A stretch of 64,000 nt of DNA from the NCBI GenBank assembly GCA_934129745.1, contig CAKOWZ010000008.1, positions 1 to 64,000 on the forward strand, read 5' to 3'. The first letter of the stretch is position 1, and the number at the start of each line of letters is the position of its first letter. The notes below the pieces were generated by a model. That model did not search any database and was not told the origin of the DNA. It was given only the letters and a program-made list of their open reading frames with translations. Of this stretch, positions 9,661-19,744 are shown piece by piece. The DNA is from an uncultured Clostridia bacterium. GTDB taxonomy: Bacteria; Bacillota; Clostridia; TANB77; CAG-508. The translations under genes and the position numbers were made by a program.

Positions 9661-9685
9661 CAGATTTTAAAAGGAGAGGATAATT

Positions 9686-11266
9686 ATGAAAAATACATTT
9701 TACATAACAACACCAATATATTACCCAAGTGGAAAATTCCATATTGGAACAGCATATTGTGAAGTTTTAACAGATTCAATCAAAAGATATAAACAATCTA
9801 GAGGATATGACACTTTTATGTTAACTGGATTAGATGAACATGGACAAAAGGTTGAAAAAGTTGCTGAGAAAAAGGGTTTAAAACCACAAGAACATGTTGA
9901 TGAAATGGCTGATTCAGCAAAAAAATTATGGAAGTTAATGGATATAGATTATGATAAATTTATTAGAACAACTGATGAATATCACTGTAAAGCAGTTCAA
10001 AAAATTGTTGAAAAATTCTTAGAAAATGGTGATATTTATAAAGGAAAATATGAAGGTTGGTATTGTATGCCATGTGAAAATTATTTTACAGAAACTCAAT
10101 TGGTTGATGGAAAATGTCCAGATTGTGGTCGTGAAGTAATCAAAATGAGTGAAGATGCATATTTCTTTAATATGAAAAAATATGAACAATGGTTGAAAGA
10201 TTTTTATGCAGAAAATCCAGATTTTATTGTTCCACAATCACGCAAAAATGAGATATTTAAGAATTTTATTGAACCAGGTCTAGAAGATTTATGTATAAGT
10301 CGTAATACATTTGACTGGGGAATTCCAATGCCAAATGACCCTGAACATGTGCTATATGTATGGTTAGACGCATTAACAAACTATATAACTGCATTAGGTT
10401 ATGGTAGTGATGATGATACTTTATTTAACAAATACTGGCCTGCTGATTTACATGTTGTTGGAAAAGAAATTATAAGATTTCATGGTATTTATTGGCCAAT
10501 TTTCCTACATGCATTAGGATTAGAATTACCAAAACAAATTTATGCACATAGTTGGGTTGTAATGAAAGATGGAAAAATGTCAAAATCTGTAGGAAATGTT
10601 ATATATCCAGAAGTTTTAATTGAAAGATATGGAGTAGATGCTACAAAATATTATTTATTAAGAATGATGAGTTTTGCACAAGATTCAATGTTTACACCAG
10701 AAGATTTTGTTGAAAGATTTAATTCAGATTTGGCAAATGATTTAGGAAATTTATTAAACAGAACAATTGGAATGATGAATAAATATTTTGATGGAATAAT
10801 TCCTACTAATTCAACAGCTAAAACAGAATTTGATGATTCATTAGAACAATTTGTAAAACAACAAATTACTAAAATTGAAGAATGTATGGATACATATCAT
10901 GTAAGTAATTCATTGGTTGAATTATGGGCAATAATTTCAAGAACAAATAAATATATAGATGAAACTGCACCTTGGGTTTTGGCAAAATCTGAAGATGAAT
11001 CAGATAAAGAAAAATTAAAATCTGTAATGTTCCATTTAGCTGAAACAATGAGAAAAATCGCAATATTATTAACACCATTTATGCCCAAAACTGCAGAAGA
11101 AATTTTGAAACAATTAAATATTCCATTCAGTGATAAAAAATGGGATTTAGTTTATTGTGATGATTTTATTGTTGAAGGTACCAAAGTTATTGAAAAAGGA
11201 CAACCTTTGTTTGTAAGACTAGATAAAGATGAGGAAATAGAATATATTAAATCAAGTATGAAATAA
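9686..11266 (+). CDS. metG: methionyl-tRNA synthetase (short form lacking the C-terminal tRNA-binding domain)
   Basis: HIGTAY (HIGH) and KMSKS motifs. Zn knuckle CMPCENY...CPDCGR. Confidence 0.92.
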   Translation: MKNTFYITTPIYYPSGKFHIGTAYCEVLTDSIKRYKQSRGYDTFMLTGLDEHGQKVEKVAEKKGLKPQEHVDEMADSAKKLWKLMDIDYDKFIRTTDEYHCKAVQKIVEKFLENGDIYKGKYEGWYCMPCENYFTETQLVDGKCPDCGREVIKMSEDAYFFNMKKYEQWLKDFYAENPDFIVPQSRKNEIFKNFIEPGLEDLCISRNTFDWGIPMPNDPEHVLYVWLDALTNYITALGYGSDDDTLFNKYWPADLHVVGKEIIRFHGIYWPIFLHALGLELPKQIYAHSWVVMKDGKMSKSVGNVIYPEVLIERYGVDATKYYLLRMMSFAQDSMFTPEDFVERFNSDLANDLGNLLNRTIGMMNKYFDGIIPTNSTAKTEFDDSLEQFVKQQITKIEECMDTYHVSNSLVELWAIISRTNKYIDETAPWVLAKSEDESDKEKLKSVMFHLAETMRKIAILLTPFMPKTAEEILKQLNIPFSDKKWDLVYCDDFIVEGTKVIEKGQPLFVRLDKDEEIEYIKSSMK

Positions 11267-11267
11267 T

Positions 11268-11368
11268 GTGCAATTAGGGACGCGTCCCAATTGCACAAAA
11301 AATTAAAATAAATGGAGATGTGTCCCACATTGCTCGCATTGGGCAATTGGGACGCGTCCCCAATTGTT
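11268..11368. repeat. GC-rich palindromic REP-like element (two full units plus a degenerate middle unit)
   Basis: gtgcaattagggacgcgtcccaattgcac ... gatgtgtcccacattgc ... gcaattgggacgcgtccccaattg. It lies between the metG stop and the RBS of the HD gene. Confidence 0.85.
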
Positions 11369-11380
11369 CAGGAGGAAAAA

Positions 11381-11938
11381 ATGAAGCAAGAATTTATAGA
11401 TTTATTAAGAAGTACAAAAAGAGAAGGAATAGAAAATTTAATTTCTTTTATAGAAGAAAAAACTGATTTTTTTACAGCTCCAGCAAGTACTAGATTTCAT
11501 GGGAGCTATGAAGGTGGTTTAGTAGAACATAGTATGAAGGTGTATGAAATTTTAAAACATAAAGCACAAAATAATGTTATGAAAATGGAGTGGCAAGATG
11601 ATACTTTGATTATTTCAGCTCTTTTACATGATATTTGCAAAGTTAATTTTTATAAAGTTGATTATAGAAATGCAAAAAATGAAAGAGGGGAATGGGAAAA
11701 AGTTCCTTATTATACAGTTGATGATACTATTCCATTTGGACATGGTGAAAAATCTGTTATGATGCTTACAGAATATATTAAATTAACACCTGAAGAAAAA
11801 TATGCAATTCGTTGGCATATGGGATTTACAGAGCCAAAAGAACAATATAATACAATTAGTGCAGCATTTAAGAGATATCCTTTAGCACTTTTATTACATG
11901 AAGCTGATTTAGAGTCTACATATTTTTACGATATATAA
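11381..11938 (+). CDS. HD-domain phosphohydrolase
   Basis: LLHDICK HD motif. RBS caggagga precedes ATG 11381. The track ORF start at 11312 lies inside the REP element. Confidence 0.65.
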   Translation: MKQEFIDLLRSTKREGIENLISFIEEKTDFFTAPASTRFHGSYEGGLVEHSMKVYEILKHKAQNNVMKMEWQDDTLIISALLHDICKVNFYKVDYRNAKNERGEWEKVPYYTVDDTIPFGHGEKSVMMLTEYIKLTPEEKYAIRWHMGFTEPKEQYNTISAAFKRYPLALLLHEADLESTYFYDI

Positions 11939-12112
11939 GATAATAAGATATATAATTATTATGATGCATAATTATAATATGTAATGTCAAAATTTTGTCA
12001 GTTTATGTAATTTTATGTTTTAATAAATATTAATTTTTTTCAAAAAAGGTTAGACATTTTTTTATTTTATATATATAATGTAAATGTCAAAATTGAAAGG
12101 TGGTGAAAAAAT

Positions 12113-12514
12113 ATGAAAAAAACAGCTAAAAGTTTATTATTAGTAATGGTAATGGCAGTTTTATTATTAGGATTAACAGGATGTGGTGAAAATAAAAAAT
12201 TAGTAGCTACAAAAGAAGATGAAGATAGTACTTTTGGAAAATATAAAGAAACAATTGAAATTACTTTCAAAGATAAAAAAGCTGATAAAATTGTTATGAC
12301 AAGAGAATTAGAAGATGATAAAATTTCTGAATTTAAAGATTACATAGATTACTTAAATACTGATGATAGTGTTAAATATGAAATTGACGGAAATAAACTA
12401 ATTATAACTATGGATGCAAAAGCTTATGCTGAATCTGAAGATGTTGGTGATGAAGATTTATCAAGAAAATCTTTAAAAGAAGAATTGGAAGATGATGGCT
12501 ATAAAGTAAAATAA
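12113..12514 (+). CDS. lipoprotein, hypothetical
   Basis: Signal peptide with lipobox LLGLTGC. Acidic mature part. Confidence 0.65.
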   Translation: MKKTAKSLLLVMVMAVLLLGLTGCGENKKLVATKEDEDSTFGKYKETIEITFKDKKADKIVMTRELEDDKISEFKDYIDYLNTDDSVKYEIDGNKLIITMDAKAYAESEDVGDEDLSRKSLKEELEDDGYKVK

Positions 12515-12532
12515 TTTATAAAATTATAAAAT

Positions 12533-12576
12533 AAGGCAAATATCTATTTGATTTTAGATATTTGTCTTATTTTATT
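12533..12576 (+). terminator. rho-independent terminator
   Basis: caaatatcta-tttgatttt-tagatatttg hairpin followed by a T-rich run. Confidence 0.55.
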
Positions 12577-12683
12577 TGTGAAATATTTGAGATTAAGCAA
12601 ATTTGTTTCAAATATTTTGCTATTGTGTTGTCTTGACAAGGTGTGATATAATGTAGAAAATTGAAGAAGGAAAGGAGGGTACG

Positions 12684-12731
12684 ATGTTACATATAAATAA
12701 TAAAAATATGCATATGTATATATATGTATAA
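12684..12731 (+). CDS. candidate 15-aa upstream leader ORF (MLHINNKNMHMYIYV)
   Basis: Strong RBS ggaaaggaggg 6 nt before ATG 12684. Its stop TAA overlaps the ATG 12724 of the COG0523 gene (ATGTATAA), a translational-coupling geometry. Confidence 0.3.
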   Translation: MLHINNKNMHMYIYV

Positions 12732-14013
12732 GAGCTATATATGTGTGTCGTACATAAATAAAATGAAGAATAAATTAACACCTATTACATTATTGACTGG
12801 TTATTTAGGAGCTGGAAAAACAACACTAATGAATCATGTTTTAAATAACCAAGATGGTTATAAAGTTGCTGTAATTGTTAATGATATTGGAGAAGTTAAT
12901 ATTGATGCAAAATTAATTTCTGATGGAGGTTTTATACAAGAAAAAGATAATGGTAAAGTTGTTCCTTTATCAAATGGTTGTATTTGTTGTACTTTAAAAG
13001 AGGATTTAATGCAACAAATTATTGATATTTTAAAAACCAGAAAATTTGATTATATAATGATTGAAGCTAGTGGAATTTGTGAACCTCTTCCAATTGCTCA
13101 AACCATTACTATTTTTTCAAATTCTATGGAACAATATGGTTTACCTAAAATGTGTAGATTAGATAATGTTGTTACTGTTGTTGATAGTATGCGTTTGGCT
13201 ACAGAGTTTGGTTGTGGAGAAAATTTGGTTAAAGATGATATTGATGAGGAAGATATTGAAAATCTTTTAATTGAGCAAATTGAGTTTTGTAATGTTATTG
13301 TTTTAAATAAGGTTGATGATGTTACAGAAGAACAATTAAATACTGTTAAAGCTGTTATTAGAAAATTACAACCTAATGCTAAGATTATTGAAACAAATTA
13401 TGCTAAAGTTGATGTTGGTGAAATTATGAATACTAATAATTTTGATTTTGAGAAAATTACAAGTTCAGCTGGTTGGATTCAAGAATTAGAAAATGATGGA
13501 AATGAAGAAGATAATGATGAATATGAAAGTGAGCATGACCATGACCATGAGCACAAACATAACCACAAGCATGAAGACGAACATGACCATAACCACGAAC
13601 ATGGACATCACCACCATCACCATAATCATGATGAAGGTGAAGCAGAAGAATATGGAATTTCAACATTTGTATATACATCAAGAAAACCTTTTGATGTTGC
13701 AAAATTTGAAAAATATATTAATGAATCATTCCCTAAATCAGTAATTAGATGTAAAGGTTTAGTATGGTTTAAATCAGATTATGACATGTCTTATTTATTT
13801 GAACAAGCAGGAAAACAATTTAAGGTATCAGAAACAGGATATTGGTTAGCCTCAGCACCACAAGAAGACCTAGAACAAATAATTCAAAATGATCCAGAAG
13901 TATTAAAAGATTGGGATGATGAAGTTGGTGATAGAATGGTTAAACTAGTTTTCATTGGAAGAAAAATGGATAAAGAACAAATAATTAAGGATTTAAATGA
14001 AATTACTAAATAA
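12724..14013 (+). CDS. COG0523-family (CobW/ZigA/YciC-like) metallochaperone GTPase with a His-rich insert
   Basis: P-loop GYLGAGKTT, GCICCT (CXCC) motif, and His-rich stretch HDHDHEHKHNHKHEDEHDHNHEHGHHHHHHNHDE. Confidence 0.8.
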   Translation: MYKSYICVSYINKMKNKLTPITLLTGYLGAGKTTLMNHVLNNQDGYKVAVIVNDIGEVNIDAKLISDGGFIQEKDNGKVVPLSNGCICCTLKEDLMQQIIDILKTRKFDYIMIEASGICEPLPIAQTITIFSNSMEQYGLPKMCRLDNVVTVVDSMRLATEFGCGENLVKDDIDEEDIENLLIEQIEFCNVIVLNKVDDVTEEQLNTVKAVIRKLQPNAKIIETNYAKVDVGEIMNTNNFDFEKITSSAGWIQELENDGNEEDNDEYESEHDHDHEHKHNHKHEDEHDHNHEHGHHHHHHNHDEGEAEEYGISTFVYTSRKPFDVAKFEKYINESFPKSVIRCKGLVWFKSDYDMSYLFEQAGKQFKVSETGYWLASAPQEDLEQIIQNDPEVLKDWDDEVGDRMVKLVFIGRKMDKEQIIKDLNEITK

Positions 14014-14083
14014 TTTATTATATCAAAAATAAAAAGATTAAAAAACAGGAGATAAAAATATAAAATAAAAAAGGTGGAAAAAA

Positions 14084-15001
14084 ATGAAAAATAAAAAATC
14101 TAAAAAGATTAATATAAAACAAATTATTTTAAATACAATATTAATCTTAATTATAACAATTTCAATGTTGTTTATAGGAAATCCTATAAAACAAAAAGTT
14201 GTAATTGCTGATTCAGGTTTTAGCACAAGTCATAGTAGCGGGGGAAGTAGCCATAGAAGCAGTAGTAGTCACCGCAGTAGTAGTAGCCATAGAGGAAGTA
14301 CATCATCAAGTACAAGTGGAAGTGGTGATCCAATTACAGCATTGGTCGCATTTGGAATCTACATAATGTTAATTATTATAATAACTTCTATCACTAAAAA
14401 ATCAAAGAAAAACATGTTTAATAAAGGAATACCAAATGTTGATGATTCAAATATAGAAGAAAAAGTTAAAAAATATATCCCAGACTTCAATAAAGTTGAA
14501 TTCCTAAATAATGGATACAAGATGTATTGTGATATTCAAACTGCATGGATGAACTTCAAATTAGATGATGTAAAAGATTACCTTACAGATGAATTATACA
14601 CAATGTATGATTCACAACTTGAAACACTAGAAGTTAAAGATGAACAAAATATTATGAAAGACTTTACTTTAAGAACATCATTCTTAAAAAATGTTACAGA
14701 ACAAAACGGTACTGTTACAATAACAACTGGATATGTAATAGAATTCTATGATTATATAGCTAGCAAATCAACAGGAAAACTAATCAGAGGAAACAACAAG
14801 CAAAAAATGAGAGTTATGTATGAAATGAAATTCAGATTATCTATTAACGAAAATGCAAAAATTGATACTTGTCCAAATTGTGGAGCAAAAGTAGATGTAA
14901 ATAGTTCAGGTACTTGTGAATACTGCGGATCTAAAATTGTAGCTGATAATACAAAATGGGTATTAACAGAAAAAAATAGTTTAAGCCAAAGATATATTTA
15001 A
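14084..15001 (+). CDS. Tim44-like domain membrane protein with a Ser/Gly-rich linker and a C-terminal zinc ribbon
   Basis: N-terminal TM segment, (SSHRSSS) repeats, second TM segment, C-terminal CPNCG...CEYCG. Architecture of the Firmicutes Tim44-like (COG4395) family. Confidence 0.5.
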   Translation: MKNKKSKKINIKQIILNTILILIITISMLFIGNPIKQKVVIADSGFSTSHSSGGSSHRSSSSHRSSSSHRGSTSSSTSGSGDPITALVAFGIYIMLIIIITSITKKSKKNMFNKGIPNVDDSNIEEKVKKYIPDFNKVEFLNNGYKMYCDIQTAWMNFKLDDVKDYLTDELYTMYDSQLETLEVKDEQNIMKDFTLRTSFLKNVTEQNGTVTITTGYVIEFYDYIASKSTGKLIRGNNKQKMRVMYEMKFRLSINENAKIDTCPNCGAKVDVNSSGTCEYCGSKIVADNTKWVLTEKNSLSQRYI

Positions 15002-15003
15002 TG

Positions 15004-15055
15004 AACAATTGGGGACGCGTCCCAAATGCACACATTGTGCAATCTGGGACGCATC
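15004..15055. repeat. GC-rich palindromic REP-like element
   Basis: caattggggacgcgtcccaaatgcacacattgtgcaatctgggacgcatc. Near-identical extended architecture to the element at 45762-45812. Confidence 0.85.
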
Positions 15056-15086
15056 AAAAAAACATAAGAAAAGGATAAAAATAAAA

Positions 15087-16346
15087 ATGGGGAAGAACAA
15101 AGGAAAAATATTTTTTTGGAGTATTATAATTATAAGTATAATACTAATTGGAGGATATATAATTTTAAAAAATTTTTACCCAACAAGTATGTATGAAATT
15201 AAAAAATTAATAAAATCTAATAAATTTAACAAAAATAATACTATTAGTGTTTCAAGTGAAACTTATTCACAAAAATTTATATTATATGAAGATAAACAAA
15301 AATTACAAAAATACTTTCCAAAACAAGATATTTCAGCAAAAACATATTACAATATCTATGGAAAAATAGTGGTTGAAGGTGATGAATATTTAGATTTATC
15401 AAATAGTCAAATTGATAATAATTTGATTGAAAAACTAAAACCATTAACACAAATTAAAAAAGTAAATTTAAAAAATCAAAATATAAATAAAGATACTCAA
15501 ATAATATTGCAACAAACATATCCAAATATAGATTTTATATGGCAAGTAGATGTTTTAGGCAAAAAAGTTGATTGGAATATTGAAACATTAGATTTAAGCA
15601 ATCAAAAAATCGAAGATATAGAAGATTTTAAAAAATCTCTGACATTATTAAAAAAACTTAAAACATTAGATATGAGTAATACTAATTTGTCAAATGAAAC
15701 TCTAGGAAATTTAAGAGAATTATATCCTAATATTAGAATTGATTGGGTTGTATACCTAGGAAAATGGTCTGTAAGAACAGATGCAATTGCTTTTTCAGTA
15801 CTAATAACTCAATATGATTATAAAAGAATGACCTCTGCAGATATTCAAGTTTTAAAATACTGTACAGAACTACAAGCTTTAGACTTAGGTCACCAAGAAA
15901 TTGAAGATATTTCTGTTATTGGTGAATATTTGCCTAATTTAAGAATATTAATTCTTGCTGATAATAAAATTAAAGATATTTCATGTTTATCAAATTTAAA
16001 ACATTTGCATTATTTAGAATTGTTTATGAATGATATTACAGATGCATCTGCTCTTAATTCATGCAAAGAATTAGTTGATTTAAATATTTCATTTAATTAC
16101 CATTTTTCAGATATAAATGGAATTTTAGAATTACCAATGTTAGAAAGATTATGGTTGATAAGTGACAGAATTTCAGCTGATTCTTATAATTTAATAAAAC
16201 AAACATACCCTAATGTTAAACTTGTGACAACTGGTTCAGGTTCTACTAATAGTGGATGGAGAACTCATGAGAGATATTTTGCTATGATTGATATGTTTAA
16301 AAAACGTAATTATATAAGTGAAGTATTTTCTAAATATGATAAATAA
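15087..16346 (+). CDS. leucine-rich-repeat (LRR) protein, membrane-anchored
   Basis: N-terminal TM segment. Multiple LxxLxLxxNxI-type repeats (LDLSNQKIEDIEDF, LDMSNTNLSNETLGNL, LDLGHQEIEDISVI). The track ORF start lies inside the REP element, so ATG 15087 was chosen. Confidence 0.55.
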   Translation: MGKNKGKIFFWSIIIISIILIGGYIILKNFYPTSMYEIKKLIKSNKFNKNNTISVSSETYSQKFILYEDKQKLQKYFPKQDISAKTYYNIYGKIVVEGDEYLDLSNSQIDNNLIEKLKPLTQIKKVNLKNQNINKDTQIILQQTYPNIDFIWQVDVLGKKVDWNIETLDLSNQKIEDIEDFKKSLTLLKKLKTLDMSNTNLSNETLGNLRELYPNIRIDWVVYLGKWSVRTDAIAFSVLITQYDYKRMTSADIQVLKYCTELQALDLGHQEIEDISVIGEYLPNLRILILADNKIKDISCLSNLKHLHYLELFMNDITDASALNSCKELVDLNISFNYHFSDINGILELPMLERLWLISDRISADSYNLIKQTYPNVKLVTTGSGSTNSGWRTHERYFAMIDMFKKRNYISEVFSKYDK

Positions 16347-16377
16347 ATGTGGCAAATACAATAAAAAAATATAATAA

Positions 16378-16425
16378 AAAAGTACCATACCGAATTATAA
16401 TATTTAAGTATGGTACTTTTTACAA
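16378..16425 (+). terminator. rho-independent terminator
   Basis: gtaccatac...gtatggtac hairpin followed by TTTTTA. Confidence 0.6.
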
Positions 16426-16507
16426 TCATTTTATGTAAAATTCGATTGACAATTACTTAAGATTTATTGTATAATTTAATCTTAGAAAAGAATGAAATTA
16501 ATAGTAA

Positions 16508-17446
16508 TTGGAGGAAATAAGAAGGTTGAAACAAAAATTGGAAAGATATGAAGAAATAGAAAAAAGTATAATAACAAGTTACAGAAAAAAGATTTGGAAT
16601 AAATTTATAAAAGGAATTAAAGAATTTGAAATGATCAAAGATGGAGATAAAATTGCTGTATGTATTTCTGGAGGAAAAGATTCAATGCTTATGGCAAAAT
16701 GTTTCCAAGAACTAAAAAAACATGGTAAAATGAATTTTGAAGTTATATTTTTGGTAATGGACCCAGGATACAATGAAATTAACAGACAAAAAATTATTTC
16801 AAATGCAAAATTATTGAATATTCCAATTACAATTTTTGAAACAAATATATTTGATTGTGTAGACAGAATAGATGATCATCCATGTTATATATGTGCACGA
16901 ATGAGAAGAGGGTATTTATATAATAAAGCACAAGAATTAGGATGTAATAAAATAGCATTAGGACATCATTTTGATGATGTAATAGAAACTGTTTTAATGG
17001 GAATGTTATATGGAGCACAAATGCAAACAATGATGCCAAAATTACATAGTACATTCCATCCAGGAATGGAATTAATAAGACCAATGTATTTTATTAAAGA
17101 AGCGGATATTATAAATTGGAGAAATAAAAATAATTTAGAATTTATACAATGTGCTTGTAAAGTGACAGAACACCGCACAGAATCTGGGAATGATGAAAAT
17201 GGTTCTAAAAGAGCAGAAATAAAAAAATTGATTGCACAATTAAGAAAAGTCTATAGTAATGTTGATATGAATATTTTAAGAAGCACACAAAATGTTAATT
17301 TAGATACAGTAATTTCATATAGAAAAGGTGGAAAAACATATCATTTTTTAGATGAGTATGAAGGAAAAACTGAATTTAATGTTAAAACTAATATAAATTG
17401 TGAAAACGATGAAATTGTTTTAAATAAAACAAATGAAGAAAAATAA
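16508..17446 (+). CDS. ttcA: TtcA-family PP-loop ATPase (tRNA 2-thiocytidine synthase-like)
   Basis: SGGKDS PP-loop and CYICARMRR / CACKV Cys motifs. Candidate promoter ttgaca-18-tataat at about 16444-16473. The start codon is ambiguous (ATG 16508 or TTG 16526 after ggagga). Confidence 0.7.
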   Translation: MEEIRRLKQKLERYEEIEKSIITSYRKKIWNKFIKGIKEFEMIKDGDKIAVCISGGKDSMLMAKCFQELKKHGKMNFEVIFLVMDPGYNEINRQKIISNAKLLNIPITIFETNIFDCVDRIDDHPCYICARMRRGYLYNKAQELGCNKIALGHHFDDVIETVLMGMLYGAQMQTMMPKLHSTFHPGMELIRPMYFIKEADIINWRNKNNLEFIQCACKVTEHRTESGNDENGSKRAEIKKLIAQLRKVYSNVDMNILRSTQNVNLDTVISYRKGGKTYHFLDEYEGKTEFNVKTNINCENDEIVLNKTNEEK

Positions 17447-17509
17447 TATAACAAATGTGAAAAAATTAGATAATTTATAATAAAAATTAATATAAAAGGA
17501 GATATAAAA

Positions 17510-17800
17510 ATGACAAGTAAACAAAGAGCTTTTTTAAGAGGAAAAGCAAATAAAATAGAGGCAATTTTTCAAATAGGAAAAACAGGATTAACAGAAAATT
17601 TAATTAATCAACTTTCAGATGCATTAGAAGCAAGAGAATTAATTAAAATAACAGTTCTAGAAACAGCACCAGATACTGCTAAAGAATTAGCACCTGAAAT
17701 CGCTAATGCGACAAATTCAGATGTTATTCAAGTAATTGGTAATAAAATAGTTTTATATAGAATTAATAAAAATAAAAATAGATATGAAATGAACTTATAA
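17510..17800 (+). CDS. yhbY: YhbY/CRS1-family RNA-binding protein (CRM domain)
   Basis: 96 aa, LRGKANKIEAIFQIGKTGLTENL pattern. RBS aaaggag. Confidence 0.7.
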   Translation: MTSKQRAFLRGKANKIEAIFQIGKTGLTENLINQLSDALEARELIKITVLETAPDTAKELAPEIANATNSDVIQVIGNKIVLYRINKNKNRYEMNL

Positions 17801-17909
17801 TATAATTAAATAAAATAAAAGAATAAATATAACTGTTTTGGTAAAATTATAATTATACAGATATTAAGTATATAGATATAAATATACAAATAAAAAGGAG
17901 ATTTGTAAA

Positions 17910-18918
17910 ATGTTTTTGCCAAAAGCTGTTTATTATGAAAAAAATGTTGAAGATTATGAATTAGGAAAAAAATTATTAGATGAATATAGAAATCATAATG
18001 TTAAATGTATAGAAATTGAAAACCACAATAATATAGAAGAAATGCGTACTAAGCAAAATACAGAGTTTAGAAATATGAAACAAAACATTATTTTAGGTGT
18101 ACGTAAAACTCATAAATTTGTGGAAAATCATAAAGTATCTGATTATCTTGTACCATATACATCATCACGGTTGTATAGCAATGTGTTTATATTGTTATTT
18201 AGTGTGTAATTTTAATAAATGTTCATATTTAAGAATTTTTGTAAACAGAGAAGAAATGTTAGATAAAATAATTAAAACAGCAAATAAATCAGAAAAAGAA
18301 CTTGTTTTTGAAATTGGAAGTAATAGTGATTTAATTTTAGAAAATCAAATTACAAATAATCTTGTATGGACAATTGAGAATTTTGTTCAGAAAAGTGAAA
18401 AAGGAAAATTAACTTTTCCAACTAAATTTGATATGGTAGATCCAATATTAAATTTAAATCATAATGGAAGAATTATTGTAAGAGTAAGCGTTAATCCAAA
18501 AGAAATAATAAGAAATGTTGAAATTGGTACATCACCATTAGAAAACAGAGTAAAGGCAATAAATAAATTGAAAAAAGCTGGATATCCTGTTGGGATTTTG
18601 ATTGCTCCTGTTATAATGGTTGAAAATTGGAAACAACAATATGAGGAATTAATTAAATATTTATATGATAATTTAGATGAAGATGTAAAAAAAGATGTTT
18701 TTTTTGAAATTATTTTTATGACATATAGTTATATTCATAGAATGATTAATAATGAGGCTTTTCCAGGTTCTATTGATTTGTATAATAAAGAAATGATGAC
18801 TGTTAGAGGAAGAGGAAGATATACTTATAAAAAACAGGTTAAAGAAGAAGGAATGAAGTTTTTTGAAGATATTATGGGAAAATATTTTGGAGAAAATGAA
18901 ATTAAGTATATGGTTTAA
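17910..18918 (+). pseudogene. splB: spore photoproduct lyase (radical SAM), frameshifted
   Basis: The N-terminal ORF (17910..18209) resembles the SplB N-terminus. The +1 frame from about 18165 carries GCIAMCLYCYL (the SPL CxxxCxYCY radical-SAM motif) and continues to 18918. The frames switch within catatacatcatcacgg. Confidence 0.6.
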
Positions 18919-19038
18919 ATGGAATTATATTATGTTTTTATAAAATAAAAATAATTTAAATTATTTGAATTTCTTTCTTGATTTCCAAAATTTATTGTGA
19001 TATAAAATAATAAGTTAAATACATTAAATAATTAAACA

Positions 19039-19431
19039 ATGGAGGAAAAGATTATGGAAATTAATGATGAAAAAAGAAAGAAATTTATGGAAAATGCAGG
19101 GAAAAGAGTAAATAATGTAATGCACAATATTCAAATTCTTGAACCAATGGCAAGAAGTAATTCATATGATTTTACAAAAGATGATGTTGAAAAAATGTTT
19201 TATGCAATTCAAGAAACATTAGATTCAACAAAAGCAGAATTCTATAAAAAATTTGAAGAAAAATCAAGAGCAGAAAAGAAATTATTTTCTTTTGATGATT
19301 TTCAAATTCCTAATAATGAAAATGTTAGTAATGCTGTAGAAAATTCTAATGCAAATATTGAACAATCTATAGAAAATGTTAATAATGCAACAGAAACTAA
19401 TGACACAGAAAATGTTGAAGAAAGTTTATAA
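19039..19431 (+). CDS. hypothetical acidic protein
   Basis: RBS ggaggaaaag precedes ATG 19039. Asn/Glu-rich C-terminus. Confidence 0.5.
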   Translation: MEEKIMEINDEKRKKFMENAGKRVNNVMHNIQILEPMARSNSYDFTKDDVEKMFYAIQETLDSTKAEFYKKFEEKSRAEKKLFSFDDFQIPNNENVSNAVENSNANIEQSIENVNNATETNDTENVEESL

Positions 19432-19447
19432 TTAAAAATATAAATTA

Positions 19448-19612
19448 TATGTTATCAAGAGTGGACGAGAGAATTGGCTTTATGACTCCACAGCAACCTA
19501 TTTTAACAAATAAGGTGCTAATACCGACAGAGCAAAAAATGGCTTTGAATGATGATTATAAATCAGTAAAAAGATTAAACCTTTGCACATATATTGCAAA
19601 GGTTTTTTTGAA
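19448..19612 (+). promoter_or_regulatory. SAM-I (S-box) riboswitch with terminator, leader of metK
   Basis: TTATCAAGAGTGGACGAGAGAATTGGCTTTATGACTCCACAGCAACC...GGTGCTAATACCGACAGAGC matches the S-box core (UUAUCAAGAG.GG.GGAGGGA..GGCCC.AUGA..CCC.GCAACC...GGUGCUAA..CC.GCAG). A terminator hairpin cctttgcacatatattgcaaagg plus T7 run follows, immediately upstream of metK. Confidence 0.65.
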
Positions 19613-19744
19613 TAATATGTAATGATTATGGTAAATTTTATTATATAAGGATTATAGTAAATTTAATTATATAAGGTTTATGTTAAATTCTATTATGTAA
19701 GTTTTATGTTAAATCCTATAAATAAAAAGAAAGGAAATGATATT

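Noticed and set aside
9598-9685. T-box leader upstream of metG
   Set aside because: The interval is only 88 bp and is filled by the REP-like element. There is no specifier loop or T-box sequence (AATTAGGGTGGNACCGCG).
13457-13744. ORFs 13457..13702 (-) and 13493..13744 (+) overlapping the His-rich stretch
   Set aside because: They come from the CAT/CAC codon repeats of the COG0523 His-rich insert read in other frames. They have no RBS and lie inside a confident CDS.
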